Shown here piece after piece: positions 25,351-38,942 of a stretch of DNA of 64,000 nt. The first letter of the stretch is position 1, and the number at the start of each line of letters is the position of its first letter. Made by a program: the position numbers and the translations under genes. Source of the DNA: Camelus dromedarius (Eukaryota); contig NC_087436.1 of NCBI RefSeq assembly GCF_036321535.1, forward strand, positions 18,602,001-18,666,000, given 5' to 3'. Under the pieces are notes generated by a model. That model was given only the letters and a program-made list of their open reading frames with translations, was not told the origin of the DNA and made no database searches.

Positions 25351-26548
25351 CTTTGTTTGTTTCCTTACCATGCATTTATTTGTATTGGCCAAAGCCAGTA
25401 TACACTCCGAACATTTTCTTATTTTTCAAGCCAGCCCTGAATTAGGCAACAGATAAAGAGCTAATACTTTTAGAATCCTAGAATCAAATAACATAAAACC
25501 AAGAAGGACTTTTGGGCTGATCTTTCTCCCCTCATGTTCTGGTTGGGAAACTGAGGACTGGTGTGGTACCACATCCTCTGCCTGGGTCAGGGTTCTGGTC
25601 TGCAAAGTCCCAGGGCTGTCTTTTCCCATGACACCACCTTGTCCCCTGACATGCCAAAATGTCATGTGGCATGCCAGAATAAAAGAATAAATTACATGTT
25701 TTATTTATGTAAAGATGTTTGTTACTGTATATGTCTATAAATAGATTTTTACTTGTTTTCAAGGCTAGAGGCATTTAACGTATGTTTCTGAATCTTTAAG
25801 GTATGATCTGGGAAACTCATTAAGTTAAAAGTAAATATTATTGAATTTACTTTAAAACAGTGTAAAAGGAACTTAAATTCAAAAGATATCACTTCAACAT
25901 AACCCATTTTCATTTCTTCTCATTCTTTGCCCATTTCTATTCTCATAAGCAGTTTGGATATATATTATAACCTTATCAGTTACAATTTTATTTTTTGACT
26001 TTATTCACTTTTCATTATAAAACATACTTATGTTTCTACACAGGCATAGCATTTATTAATTTCATGGCTACACGGTATAACAACATATTGTACAATTTAC
26101 CTAAATCTTTCTCCTATAATCACATCATAGTTTCTGGCGTTTCAAGGTTGTGAATAACATGAGTATAAATACATTTGCACATACAGATTTTTTTCCCTTT
26201 TTGAATGATTTTCCTGGGTTAATTATTTTGAGTGCAAATAGTGAATCAAGGGAAGGAAAAAGTAGCTTAAGTACCTTTAAAAAATGTCTCTACTAAGTGC
26301 CTGTCAATGCTTGCCTTCATTAGAATTTATTTTTCTTCAGTTTTGCCACTTCCATAAGGTGAAGTGGCACTTATATCTTTATGTCTGCACATTGAGAGCA
26401 AATGTGACCATTTATAATGTTTGTTTATGATTTGTATCTCTTATGTGATAGGCAACCCAACTGCCATACAGAGGTTTGGAGGTTGAATACTATCAGGAAG
26501 AATTTTAAAGAGAAGCCAGGTGAAGGCTTAAAAGATAGCTGTGGAAGG

Positions 26549-27112
26549 ACGAAATACTGGCATTTGCAGCAATGTGGATAGACCTAGAGATGATCATATT
26601 AAGTGAAGTAAGTCAGACAGAGAAAGACAAATATGTGGTATCACTTATATGGGGAATCTAAAATATGATGTAAATGAACATATTCACAAAACAGAAACAG
26701 ACTCACAGACATAGAAAACAAACTTACAGTTACCAAAAGGAAAAGGGCGGAAGGGATAAATTAGGAGTTTTGAATTAGCAGATATACACTACTATATATA
26801 AAATAGATGAACAAGGACCTACTGTATAGAACAGGGAGTTATATTTAATACCTTGAAATAACCTATAATGGAAAATCATCTGAAAAAGAATGTACATTTA
26901 CATGTGTATAACTGAATCACCTCACTGTGCCCCAGAAACTAACTTAACTGTAAGTCAACTAGCTTACAATTACAACGTACAAATACAACCTAAATGTAAG
27001 TCAACTAACTTAACTGTAAGTCAACTATACTTCAAATAAAAAAATAAAAAATATACTTCAATAAAAATACATATTAAAAAAAGAAAAAAGAAAAAGAAAG
27101 AAATTTTTTAAA
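26549..27112 (+). mobile_element. L1 3' end (end of ORF2 plus 3'UTR), apparently inserted into an MLT1-like LTR continuing to ~27540
   Basis: catttgcagcaatgtggatagacctagagatgatcatattaagtgaagtaagtcagacagag and A-rich tail. Flanks aaagatagctg / aaaagtagctg. Confidence 0.85.
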
Positions 27113-29737
27113 AAGTAGCTGCAGATATTTGGACACTTCTCTTCAGTTGAGTCATTCCACTGGACTGGCCTGTGGCTGCCTTGACCAGTTGAGCTCAGCT
27201 GGAAGGATGCTTTGCCAGTTTCATGCCTGGCCCCTGAGGCGTGCAGCGGGTTCTAGCCTGGAGCCCTGGGCCTGCTGGAGAGGGCGAGATGCCCCGGGCT
27301 GCATGGAGAGGGAGATGGGCTCTGCTCAGCTCAGATGTTCCTGCCAAGGGGCCAGTCATGTGAGTCTTGGACCCATGAAGCAAGCTCAGCTGAAATCCAC
27401 CATGAGACCCCAGTCCAAGTGACCAGGAGCAGAAGAACTGCTCAAATTCCTTCCCTACAACGTGGTCAGATCATAAGAAAATGATGGTTGCTTTAAACCA
27501 CTGTTTGGGGGTCGTTTGTTATCAAAGAAAAATGAGGTGGCAAAATGAACCAGTCGCCTGATCTTGACCACAGCGTTTCGGATAAAAGAATGAGTAACTA
27601 TGTGTGACAGGGAACAGATCCCAAGATGAGACCCCGAGTTGCCCTACACCCAGCGTGAAAGGCAAATCCTAACACCAGGAGAACTAGGAGAAACCAAGCC
27701 CCCGTCTACATAAAACTGAAGTCTTTCAGAAAAATCACTTCCATGCTTCTTGAATTAGGATACACCTTTGAGAATATCACAGAGGCCACTGACCAATTAC
27801 TTGAAACAAGGGATGAAGGACTGACATGGCTTTGAGTTTGGGGCAAATCAAACAAAGTTGCCCTATTAATGGCTCTTTGCAGCCTTCCCAGGTATCTAGT
27901 TACACGCCATCTGGAGTAGTTGTTAAAAGAGTTTTATCTTTTTACAGCCTCCTTCCCCAGGCAACTTTTAACTACAATTTGGAGCTGTACCCAGACCTTT
28001 TTACTGGTCTGACCCGCATCATTTTCCACTTTAAATATGACTGTTAAACTTACAAAGAATAGCATTGAATCCCTCTTTCCAGTCCCTGCCCCCTTTTTTT
28101 CTTCCTGAAACAAACTCAAAGTGCCATTAAAGCTTGTCCCTTATGGGATATTTGAATTATTGGTAATGGCTAGTTATTCATATTTTGCTGGGAAAAATTC
28201 ATTCATGTTAGAAGTATACTGCTTCAGCATTAAACAAAATTATTTCACTGATGAAGCTTGGATAGCAGTGAAAATCTTTTTCCAAATTTCCGCAGTCTTT
28301 TTCTGAAATTCCTGTTTATCTTATTCTTAAGGGACTAGCAATGTGAAATAACAATAAATGAAAGTTAGAACTGAGGAGGAATTAGTGAAAAGGTTCAACT
28401 GAGACAAGTCCATGGCTGAAATGAGCAGTGAAAGGTCATCCGTTCCGGTACAAGTGATGTGCTTTCTCTGCCGTGTTTTCTTTATTCAGATTAAAAGCCT
28501 AAAGAGGAAACTAGACCTTTTCTTTGATCCCACAGTATTCGTATTCACTGAGCAATCAATGAGGTAATAAACTGTACAGAACTTGGATGTACAGATACTT
28601 TTTATTTTCCCTCAAAAACAACAACTCTGAAATGAGCGATAAGTATCATATTTGAAAGAAAATACAAAAAAATCCTGGGAGCTCTTCCTGACCCATAATT
28701 TGATTCAGCCCATAAAATGAAAGCAGGGATTCCCAAGTTGGAAATTGTTTTGTAACAGGTTCCAATTTCCCTCTTTTTACTCCTTGCTTTATTTTTTTAA
28801 AAAAGGGATTCTCTTATTTTTAGTAGAATACAGTGCAACTGAATCAAGACTCAAAGCAAATGGTATCTAGAAACTTCAGGAATTAAGTGTGAATGATTCA
28901 TTCTCTAGTGTGAAAGCTTTTGAAATAGAAATGTTAAAATAGATTCCCTCAGTAAAGGTCCCAAAGTTGGGAGTCAGTACCCAATGAAACGCAAAATTAA
29001 TAAAGGCCCCAGGCAATGACAATGAATTTACTACCAAGAAAAAACCTCCTGGGTTAAGGCAGATTTTTGTGAAAGTGGAATGTTAAAATGGTTCATCTCC
29101 TTGATCTAAAACTGGGAGCAAATCTTAATGAAAAGATGCTTGGCATTCTTTTTTTTTCTTTTTTTTTCCAAACCAAGAATATTTCATTAGATACATAACT
29201 GATCATTTGTGATTGAACATTTAGTTAGTTTTTCTCCATGCCTGAGAGAGGGGAGGACATCGTATGGGTGAGGTCAATCTACTCCAGAGATTGGAATTTA
29301 TGACCTAATGCCCCCACTTCCAGTCCGATTGTCTCCTCCCTGCTCCCTACCGCTCTCCCCTGCTCACAGGGGTGGCTTATACTGGGGAGACTGAAGTTCA
29401 GCAAGACAGTCCTCTGAGATTAACCCAAGGAGGATAGTGGGGGCGGAACATGTGAGCTAGCGAAGGAATGGAGGGTTTTGATGATGTAGGTGGTTTGGGA
29501 AATCCACCCCCTGAACACCTCCACAATACATTTCATTCTCCCTCATTCCCAGGTCAGTGTCTTCACAACAATGGAGACTCCTACAGGAAAACAACCGAGA
29601 CTTATTTTTCATGTCTGTCCATCATACCATTCCCAACAAGTCTCCCTGTTGAATTAAATTATGAATTATGCTTTCCAATTCAGGGATAATTCATGATATA
29701 GTGCCCTATAGTATTTTTCATCAAGAATAGATGTATT

Positions 29738-29851
29738 GGGGGTCAGGAGTATAGCTCAGGGGTAGACTGCACTGCATGCTTGGCATGCACAAAGTCCTGA
29801 GGTCAATCCCCAGTGCCTCCGTTAAGAGGGGAAAAAAGAAAAAAGAAAAAA
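29738..29851 (+). mobile_element. vic-1-like SINE, short form
   Basis: tRNA-like head followed directly by an A-rich tail; short TSD atgtat. Confidence 0.85.
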
Positions 29852-31007
29852 TGTATCGAACAGATTCATATGAACTACGAAAGGGACCCTTCCCAGGCCA
29901 TGTCACACGATGTACAGCAGCTACTCTAGATTTTGAACATGTACTGCAGGGAGGAAAAGTTGCAGGTACTGCTTATCAAACCAAGCAAATCCTTTCCTCC
30001 TTTTCGTCAATGGCTCTCTCCTCAGGGGACTATACCTGGCTGCCTTAAAATACGTTTTACTATTTATAGGAGCCAAGCAACTGCCTTGTCTTTATCCTTC
30101 TGTTCCTCACTCTTGTTTTTCTCCCATTCTTGTCTGGGTTCAGTTAGATGTTTCCCCAGAGGCGCAGTTCTTTTAGAACGCTGAGTGACTCTTTTCTAAA
30201 ACTCATTATCATCCTAGTTTTTACGTAACCTTTGGGATCGAGTTTAATTGTTTAATAACATGATATTTCCCCAAATTTGATGGCACTCTTGTAAAGGCAA
30301 GAGTAGGTAGGCATGGAAGTAACTCTGAGCTAGGCACATACATGTATTTTTCTCCCCGGACACAGGCCTTTGTATTCATGTCAATGTGCTGTATGTGCTT
30401 GTGTTTGAGAACTGACCAGACATAGAAAATTAGTGCTAATATAAAATAAAGGTCATAGGAATGAGCTGGGAAAATGAGAAAAATAAAATGTATAGAATGG
30501 CATAAAGTAAATAAGGAAAATGGGTACTGGATAATAGAAGTAAACAAACTTGCAGAGATTTTTTTCTGCTCGTAGAAGGTTACAAAAACCCATCACCCCA
30601 TACCTTGACAAAACTACTGATAATACTTAACAATTTCTTTCAAGGAATTTTAAATTCATATACCCATACATACAAATTATATTTAACATCCGTATCCATT
30701 TCCCTAATTAATACAAGGTTGCTTTCAACGTTTTCTGTAAATGAACTTGTAGAACATCTTTGCACAAGAATTCTTTGTTCAAATTTTGGATTGTTTCCTT
30801 AGAATTGATCCTAAAAACTGTAATTACTGGGTCAGGAGGCAAACACATATGTAGAACTTTACTTTCTGGAAGGGCTGTTCCAAACTCTACCACCACCAGA
30901 TACTGAAAAACATGCTTTTTAATATGAATTTCTTTGATTATATGAACATTATTCATATGTTAATTAGTCATTTTAATTTCTTCTTTGGTGATTTTTATAT
31001 TCATGCC

Positions 31008-31092
31008 TCCCTCTTTTTAATGGAGGTAGTGGGGATAGAACCCAGGACCTTGTGCGTGTAAGCATGCGATCTACCATTGAGCTATAACCCCC
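31008..31092 (-). mobile_element. vic-1-like SINE, short form
   Basis: Reverse-complement head. TSD ttcatgcc at 31000-31007 and 31093-31100. Confidence 0.88.
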
Positions 31093-31932
31093 TTCATGCC
31101 CTTTTTATAAGGAAGTCTTAAGATTTAATTACTATTTGTGTGACCTCTTTAAATACCATGAATATTAACAGGTTGTAGTTTTGCTGCAAGTATTTTCCCC
31201 AATCTCTTGCTTTGTTTTCTAATTTTATGAATGTTTGATCTTAATGTTTTAAAATTCCATGTCCCAAAATACATGTATAGTTTCATTCAGAATTTCTACC
31301 ATCCTTTTTAAGTTAAAAAAGTCTTCTTTTTTCTAGAAATCAAAAAGATAGTAGTCTATTTTCTTCTATTGCTTTATAGTTTGAGTTTTTGCATGCTTGA
31401 GCATAGCGGGTAGGAACACAGGCAACTTTTATTTGATTACTGGCTCCAGAACTTAGAAGCTGAGTAGCCTTGATTAACTTCTTTCAACCTCAGCTTCTTC
31501 GTCTGTAAAAAGGGAACAATTATGCACCAATTATCACAGGTGTTGCTGTAAAGATAAAATATGTCTGGAAAGTATGTTTAATGGGGTCTGGTACATACTA
31601 ATGCACAATAAATGGTAACAATTATAAACATTATTATTTTTGATATATAGTACAAGATAAGAGTTTAACATGTTTTTCCCTCCAGATGGTAAATAGCACT
31701 ATTTATTGATGAATCTTTCCCTTCCTCATTACAATGAAAGTGATTTCAGCCTATACTCTGTTCCTGTACACTCTAACACCTGTTTCTGTCTTTCCCATTG
31801 ACATGGCAGTGTATTTATGCGTGTGGACCACACTGTTTTAAAAGTGTAGCTTTATAACATTTAAGAATATCATAGGAAGACCATGCATATAGGTAACAGA
31901 ATTCTTTTTAAAATTGGCATGATTATTTTCTT

Positions 31933-32107
31933 TTTTGGTTTTTTTTTTTTTGGGAGGGGTAATTAGGTTTACTTATTTATTTTTAAATTAATTAATTATT
32001 ATTATTATTATTATTTTTTTTTTTTTGGTGGAGGTAGTGGGGATTGAACCCAGGACCTTGTGCATGGTAAGCCTGCACTCTACCACTGAGCTACACCCTA
32101 CCCCTGT
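31933..32107 (-). mobile_element. vic-1-like SINE with expanded (TTA)n linker
   Basis: TSD catgattattttctt at 31918-31932 and 32108-32122. Confidence 0.92.
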
Positions 32108-33752
32108 CATGATTATTTTCTTATTTCTTCTCCTCACATGGGTTTTAAAGGTATATTATAATTAAAAATTTTAATTGGATATTGTAATGAGAATACATAG
32201 TTACATCTCTAAATATACAATTTGATAAATGCAGGAAAACATTTTTACATGTGTTAGTAATGTAACAGATGTAATTTAATGGCTTTGATTTTTAGATAAT
32301 ACAATACTTTGGCTACAAGAAGAAAAGACGCTATTGGGGTGCTAGGGTGAGAAAAGCAGTGTGAAGTTGTTAATGAATAAAATCCAGATTATAAAAGATT
32401 TCCTTTTTTTTTTTTTTAGGGCATGGCCACAAGTAACATAGTTTATTATCTGTCAAGTGGAAGTGATTCATGGCCACCTACGGTATGTAAATGTTTTTAT
32501 GCAACAGCCCTGAACATCTGATTTGATGCAAAAGAAACCTATGTAGACGTCAGGTTTTCCTGGGAATCACTGAGAATCCTTACTAATAGGTGATGAAATT
32601 ATTTCTTTGTGTTTACCACTGCAGTGGTGGCATTTCTGTCAACAGCAACACTGCAGTTTAAACTGCTAATGGAATTATTTTTGTTTTAATTTCAGCAATA
32701 AATATATCTTTAATAACACTACTAACCATTTTGCTGTTTCACAATCATTAGAATCACACATTTACAACAAGGATGCCATTATAATTTTCTACTACCCGTG
32801 GGATGAGTGTTTTTATGTTTTAACTATAACAGTTTTGGTCCTGAAAATTAATTGTAAGTGATAAATAACAGAATGTCTGTAAAGACTTAAATTTTCTTTA
32901 AGAAAATGGGTCTTTATATCTATAATTATGGGACTCAAGTGCTCTAATAAAGTGATTGTCAGAGTGTGAAAGGAAAAGTGAACACCTCTTCTAAACTGTA
33001 GGTAAACCATTAAATAGGACATTAAACAGTATTTGCAAAGGATTATATTCAATATAAAAGAGCACTGCAAAATGCGTTAGAGTTCCTAGCTTCATTTTTT
33101 ATCATTCCTGCTACAAAAATTAGGAGGTATACAAAGAACCATCTAGAAGCTCGTGGAATTCAGAAGGACTTATTTAGAGAAGTCTTGACATCCACGTGTG
33201 AGGAGAATTCTGGAAAGACTTAGAGACACTTGATGGGTTTTTCAGAGCTGGATCAAGGGGTGCTTGTGTTGTCCACTTTTTAAAAATTAGGAAGCATTTC
33301 ACATATTCAAAAAAGCATAGAGAACATTACAATACTGAGCTCTCACCACTCAGTTTAAGTAGTCAGCGTTATAAATATGATTGAATAGTTTTCTTCTTTT
33401 TTTTTTAAATGAGAAATCTACCATTGAAAATACAGGATATGGATGTCCTAGAATTTCCTTTTCCAAAGTTCATTCCATCTAACATGTTCAGTTTTCCTTT
33501 GTTGCCACAGAGATGCCAGATGGATATAGTTGGCGAAATGCTCTAGGCACAAATTGCCTGAACCAAAGATGGCTAGTAACCAGCAACTGCATAAAGCAAT
33601 TCTAAACAGTAGAGCAAGATTGTTCACATTTTAATTCCTTGGAACTAATGAGCAACTGTCCTCGGCACCAATTCTTAAGGCTCCTTGACTTCATTCTGAG
33701 AAAAATGCTTTTCTAAACCCAACAAAAGAATGGAGGGCAAGAACCAGGTTAC

Positions 33753-33880
33753 CTGTCAACGCTGAGAGCACAGAGGTTGAGGACGGTGATCCCCACTGAG
33801 GACTTCTGCAAAAAGGGGAACAACTTGCAGAGAAATACGCCAAAGTCATTGTGATCAAAAGGCCAGCGGCCAGCCAGCAG
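33753..33880 (-). CDS. EDNRA: Endothelin receptor type A, coding exon 3 (128 bp; ECL1-TM3)
   Basis: Minus-strand translation [42 protein letters not shown](R). AG acceptor at 33881-33882 after a pyrimidine tract; GT donor at 33751-33752. The DRY motif is completed by exon 4. Confidence 0.98.
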
Positions 33881-34104
33881 CTGAAAAAGGAGACAGCGAG
33901 GTAAGAAACGGCAAGCACAGGATACACCGACGTTTACAGGCTTCTGAACATCTACGTTTTATCATTCATCATCCTTCTCAGTGTGGTAGCAGTAGAGTAT
34001 TATCATCATTAATTTTTTTTTCATATTTTAGATTCTCAGCAATTTTTTAATCCTGAAAAATGTGGAGAATTGAGATAGGAGGGAAGAGGGCAGGGCACAA
34101 TCAT

Positions 34105-34390
34105 TAAAAGAATGACGCAGCAATCAGCACCAAGATGCAGAAGATGCAACTCTCAGTAGACCTTAAGCTTCAATATACGCTCATTAAAATATAATAGCAT
34201 GTTAAATGGTACTTCCCCAGGTGCCATGCCAGTCACAACAGTTTCAAGGCTGACCATAAAAGGTCAAAAAGTAGGCGATGGCCCAATTCCTGGGAATCCC
34301 AGCCCCTTCCCCAAAGTAGTTGGAATAATCCTCCCACTTGTTAGCCTATGAAGTTACAAAGCCCATAGAAACTAACAACCCCACACCTCT
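34105..34390 (+). mobile_element. ERV1-class LTR fragment (MER41-like), followed by a (CT)n tract
   Basis: gaccataaaaggtcaaaaagtaggcgatggcccaattcctgg...ggaataatcctcccact...agcctatgaa resembles recalled artiodactyl MER41-like LTRs. Confidence 0.65.
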
Positions 34391-37300
34391 CTCTGTCTCT
34401 CTCTCTCTTTCTCTTCCTTCCTCTTTCCCTCTCCCTCCCTCCCCCATGCCCCATGGGCTCTCTGGCAAAGAGCAGCAACAGTTGGGGGTTTGGATGACAG
34501 CTTAACCAAGAAGCAGGCAGTCATTTCTGATCCATTCTTAGGAAACCAAGAGTAACGTGAGCCATTTTCAACTCGTGCCATTGGGAGATTCTATTAACGC
34601 CTGACAAAGAGCCAAAGCTCTGAATAAGGTGTTAGGGAGAACGCCAGGGAAACGTGGTTTAGGAGGTACTGACTTCGCCAGCTGGGTGTCACCTAAAGCC
34701 ACTTGGAACTTACTTTTCCTCCATGCTTAACGGGCTGCCACTGCTTCTGCAGGTGTGATACCAGTGGCCTGTCTTGATTTGGGCTCAGAATTCCCTTCTC
34801 ATAGAGGAAAATGTGGTTACTGTGATCTGTTTGTAGCATTTGCAGGAACATCTGTTCTTCCATGTTGACAATTTAAATTTGTTTTTCCAAGGAGAGGGTG
34901 AGTACCCTCCAGTGGCTGTGGTAAGTAGCAAGAACATAAATCTTCTGTGAGTTGCTGATTATTTATCTAATTAGGTATTGCACTAGAATCATGGACTTAA
35001 ATAATAACTCAGTTACCTAAAAGACAGAAGGAAGTCCCTGCTGAATATATGATGCCTTTTCAAGAGTACAGTGGTATTGATTTCCTTTCTCATTTTTGCT
35101 CAGTGACTTAGAATTTAAACTTACTCTACTTAATAGGAAATAATACTGTACTAACTTGACAAATTTCTCTTGTCTTCTTTTTTTTGGAAAGTGCCTATTG
35201 CCATAGTAACTCTAAGTTGAACTTCCAATTTCATTCTGCCATGTCTAAAGGTTACATGAGGTTTATTTTCATAGTCGACGTGCTCATTAACATGAGTCCA
35301 TGGAAAAAGGATGAGAAAATCAGTACCCCAGAAATAGAAAATCAGAATCTATGCATTTTGAGAATTTAGTAACACAGGATTCTCTAGAATTGTATTTTTA
35401 TGGCTAAGACCCTTTATGACTTAATTTCAGATGTTCTCTCTTTTTGGCTTTCAAACATATTTCCTTTTCTTTTGAGTAATTCTTCTAAAAGACCTTTTTC
35501 TTCAATCCAATTCTGTCTTTTTCCTCTCACTCTAACCAGTCATGGTTGGTGTCTTCTCAGAATTTCCACATAAACTTTTGTCCAAGGACAACCAGTGGGC
35601 TCTTCACAAAAACGCTGCCCTAAACTCTGATAGTTTTCACGAAACTAAAAAATAGTTATACTACTGCTGATTGCTAGTTATTAATGTTTGATGCAAGTAA
35701 AGACATAAAACATTATTTCTGGGATGAATCACCCTCTATAGAGAATAGAAAACTTGAAAAATAACTTTTTATAGAATGAGAGTTTAGTATTTTGTTCCAG
35801 AACTGTAATTCTCCACTAAAGACTAGAAAGATGTAATTAAAATGTGTTGGGATTGTTACAGGATGTTCTTTGGAACAGTTGAACAACCAGTTATGGTTCA
35901 TTCCCGGAGACAGAGGATCCTGAAATCCACATGGATGGATTTCCCAATTCACTCATCCAACAGTGAGAGAAAAGAAAAGGGTGTTTCTGGCTTAACAAGG
36001 GAGACTCTGAAATCCTGTGAAGGTCTAAGTAACAAGTACTAAGAAAAATGATCTAGAAAACCCACAACTAAATATGCATTGTTTCAGGTCTTTGCAATCT
36101 CAATTGAAATTTTTTTTCCTTTTTCATGTTTGCTTAAACTTTTAATTAGGAGTAGGTGTAATGCAAGGACTCTGGGGAAGTTATTATGAAATTGGTGATA
36201 ACAGAATTGTCTTTCTTTGACACAAATAGGTGTTTGGTTATTTTTATTGTTCTTTTTCTTCTTCTTTGCCAGCATTGATTCTTCTTGGGAATTATAAACA
36301 AAGGAGAATGAAAGAAATCATTGGGGGCAATTTTTAGGTACAATCACGGTGTAGACCTCCCTGACCTATGTCCACTTCATTCTGAAGGGATGTGTGGACA
36401 GTAACTGTTCTCATGCTGCCAGCAGGAAATTAGGTCCCTGCCTTCAGGCCACTTCGCCTCTTTCTGATTAAAGCCGGCTTTCTCAAAGAGGCCCTGCTTA
36501 ACTACCCAATCTTAAGCAGGACTTGCTTGTTAACCTCTTTCATGGAAACAATGTTGGAGTAATCAGATTCAAAGACTCTTTTCAGCTCACTCTGTCTTAA
36601 CAAGAAAACATATACAATAGGAAGGCATCAAAGAGGCATAGAGTAGAGCTCATTTGTTTTTCTCTTATTTGGAAGAGGTATTTTGGAGCTAATGAAAGAT
36701 TACTGGAAATGCATCCTTTCTGTTATTTATTAGTGTTTAAAATGGGAAATGCAATACATAAAATAATAAAGATTAGGCTGTATAAAAACTTATATAATGA
36801 AAAGCAAGTCTGCCTTCCATTCAAAGCCCCTTAATTCCCTGCCCCAGGGCAACCACTGTTAATTGTAAATTGTGTTTTCTTTTAGAAAACCTCTTGTGTA
36901 CATAAAAGCAGATCCTTTCTTTTTTTTTGAACAACTGAGAACATATGGAAATAATACCTTTTAACCGTCTTTTATGATCTTTTTTCCTAGAGCAGGTTTC
37001 TGGGAAGCAGATTTCTTTTCTATTGCCTAAGAAAAGGTTTTGATTTTTAAAAGCATGTGGAGGAAACAATTTAGAGTGGAATAGGAAAAGATAAAGAACT
37101 GTTTAGCATAAACAGACCATGGCAAAAGAACTTAGTTGATTTCACTAATGTTAACAAGCTATTATCAATTCAGTGAAAGAAAAACCAAACTAGTCTGATA
37201 AACTAACAAGTCAGATTAGCTTAAGGGTAATCTGGCACCTTGGAGCAGTAACAGCTTATTATTGCCATGAAAGGGTCTGTGCTATTATGTAACCCTCATA

Positions 37301-38384
37301 TTTATAACTTCCAAGGGCATTACAGAGTACCTAGTACATAGTTAAGTGTTGAATGAATTAATGAGTTCAGCTCATTAATATTGGGAAATATTTTCACACT
37401 TTGAAATTAGACTAAGACAAAATTTTCCCCAGAAAACACATTCATCTTATAATTTACTTTCTATTTTGAAGTCATTTAACAATATCCGAAAGTAGTGTTT
37501 CCACTCTTTTATGTTGAAACAAACAATGCAGCTGCCAACTAGTTATTGGAGGAGGTGGGAGACTACAGTTCTATCAAGAATCTGCGAGAAAAGGGGCTGC
37601 CAAACTCTGCCTGGAGACTCCTCACTTGGCGCAGTGATGAGACTGTCCAGCTTGCTAAGAGCTACAGAGCAGGCACCTGGAGGTGACGCCCCTCCTGTGG
37701 TTCAGTCAAGTTCTCAAGTGGATGCTAGAGGGACACACAGAGCAACCGAGGCAGCACAGGGCAACCTGCTGAGCATGGAGTTTGCTCTAGGACACTTGCC
37801 ATGATTCTAGCCTAGGGGACTTTTCTTCAGTTGAAACATAAAGTTCCTGATCTCCACCTGAAAACTCAAGCATACTAAATGGCACAAATTAAGGTTGGAA
37901 TTCTGTATTTGTGTGGCTGATTTGGATTCTGTCAAAATCAGCATCATGAAACAGACAGGCCGTATATATTTTTTTAATCAAAATAGATTTACATACGGAC
38001 TTGTCTCACACGATACACTGACAAGCATCCTGTTTTTAGAATGACTCGATCCCAAAGCAGGATGTCTGGCCACCACTATATTTAGTACAAAGCAGTGTCT
38101 ACTTGGTTGGGACCTTTTAGATATGTGTGATGTACCTATTGGTGTCAGTTTTCCAGGACACACCTGACAACCAGAAAGTAAGCAAAAACGTAAGGTGTCA
38201 AATGGTTGATGTGAAATTTACACCCTAAAGCTCGCATGCTTTACTCATGGGCAAACTGCCTGAGCCTTCCCTACAGGTTGAGTTGTTTCCACTTTATACC
38301 CACTTTTATTGTTCTTTTTCAGTTGTTCTGTTTTTTGTCCCTTGTACATCCAAAGCTGATCGTTAGTAGGAACCCTCCAGTGTA

Positions 38385-38942
38385 ACAGTTCTCAGTCTTG
38401 GCTGTACATTAGAATGACTGAGGGAGCGTTTGAAAATCCCAGTGTCCAGGCCATGCCCTGAGACAACAGCTCTTCATCGGGGGTGATTCTGTCCGCCGGG
38501 GACATTTGGCAACATCTGGAGACATTTTTGGTTATTACGACTTGTTGGGAGGCTCTAGTGGGTAAGAAGAGGCCAGGGATGTTGCTAAACATCTTGCAAT
38601 GCACAGGCCAGGCCCTCTGATGAACAATTATCCAGCCCCAAATATCAATAGTGCTGAGACTGAAAACCCCATCCTGGGCCAATTAAATCAGAATCTCTGG
38701 ACTTGGGACACAAGCCCAGTAGTTTTTAAAGCTCCCAGGTGATACCAATGTACAGCCAAGGTTGCGAATCACTCTTTCAGCAGTATTGGAACCATCTGGA
38801 GGGCTTCTTAAACCACATCACTGGACCCCACCCCCAGAGTTTCTGATTCAGTAGGTCAGAGCTGGGGCCTGAGAACCTACATTTCTAATGAGTCCCAGGT
38901 GATGCTGATGGCCAACCAACCACACTTCAAGAACCACTGCTC
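38385..38942. mobile_element. hAT cluster: MER5-like element split by a MER20-like element (~38465-38672), then a second MER5A-like element
   Basis: ggggacatttggcaacatctggagacatttttggtt (MER20-like); aaatcagaatctctgg and cccagagtttctgattcagtaggtc...aagaaccactg (MER5-like). Confidence 0.75.
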
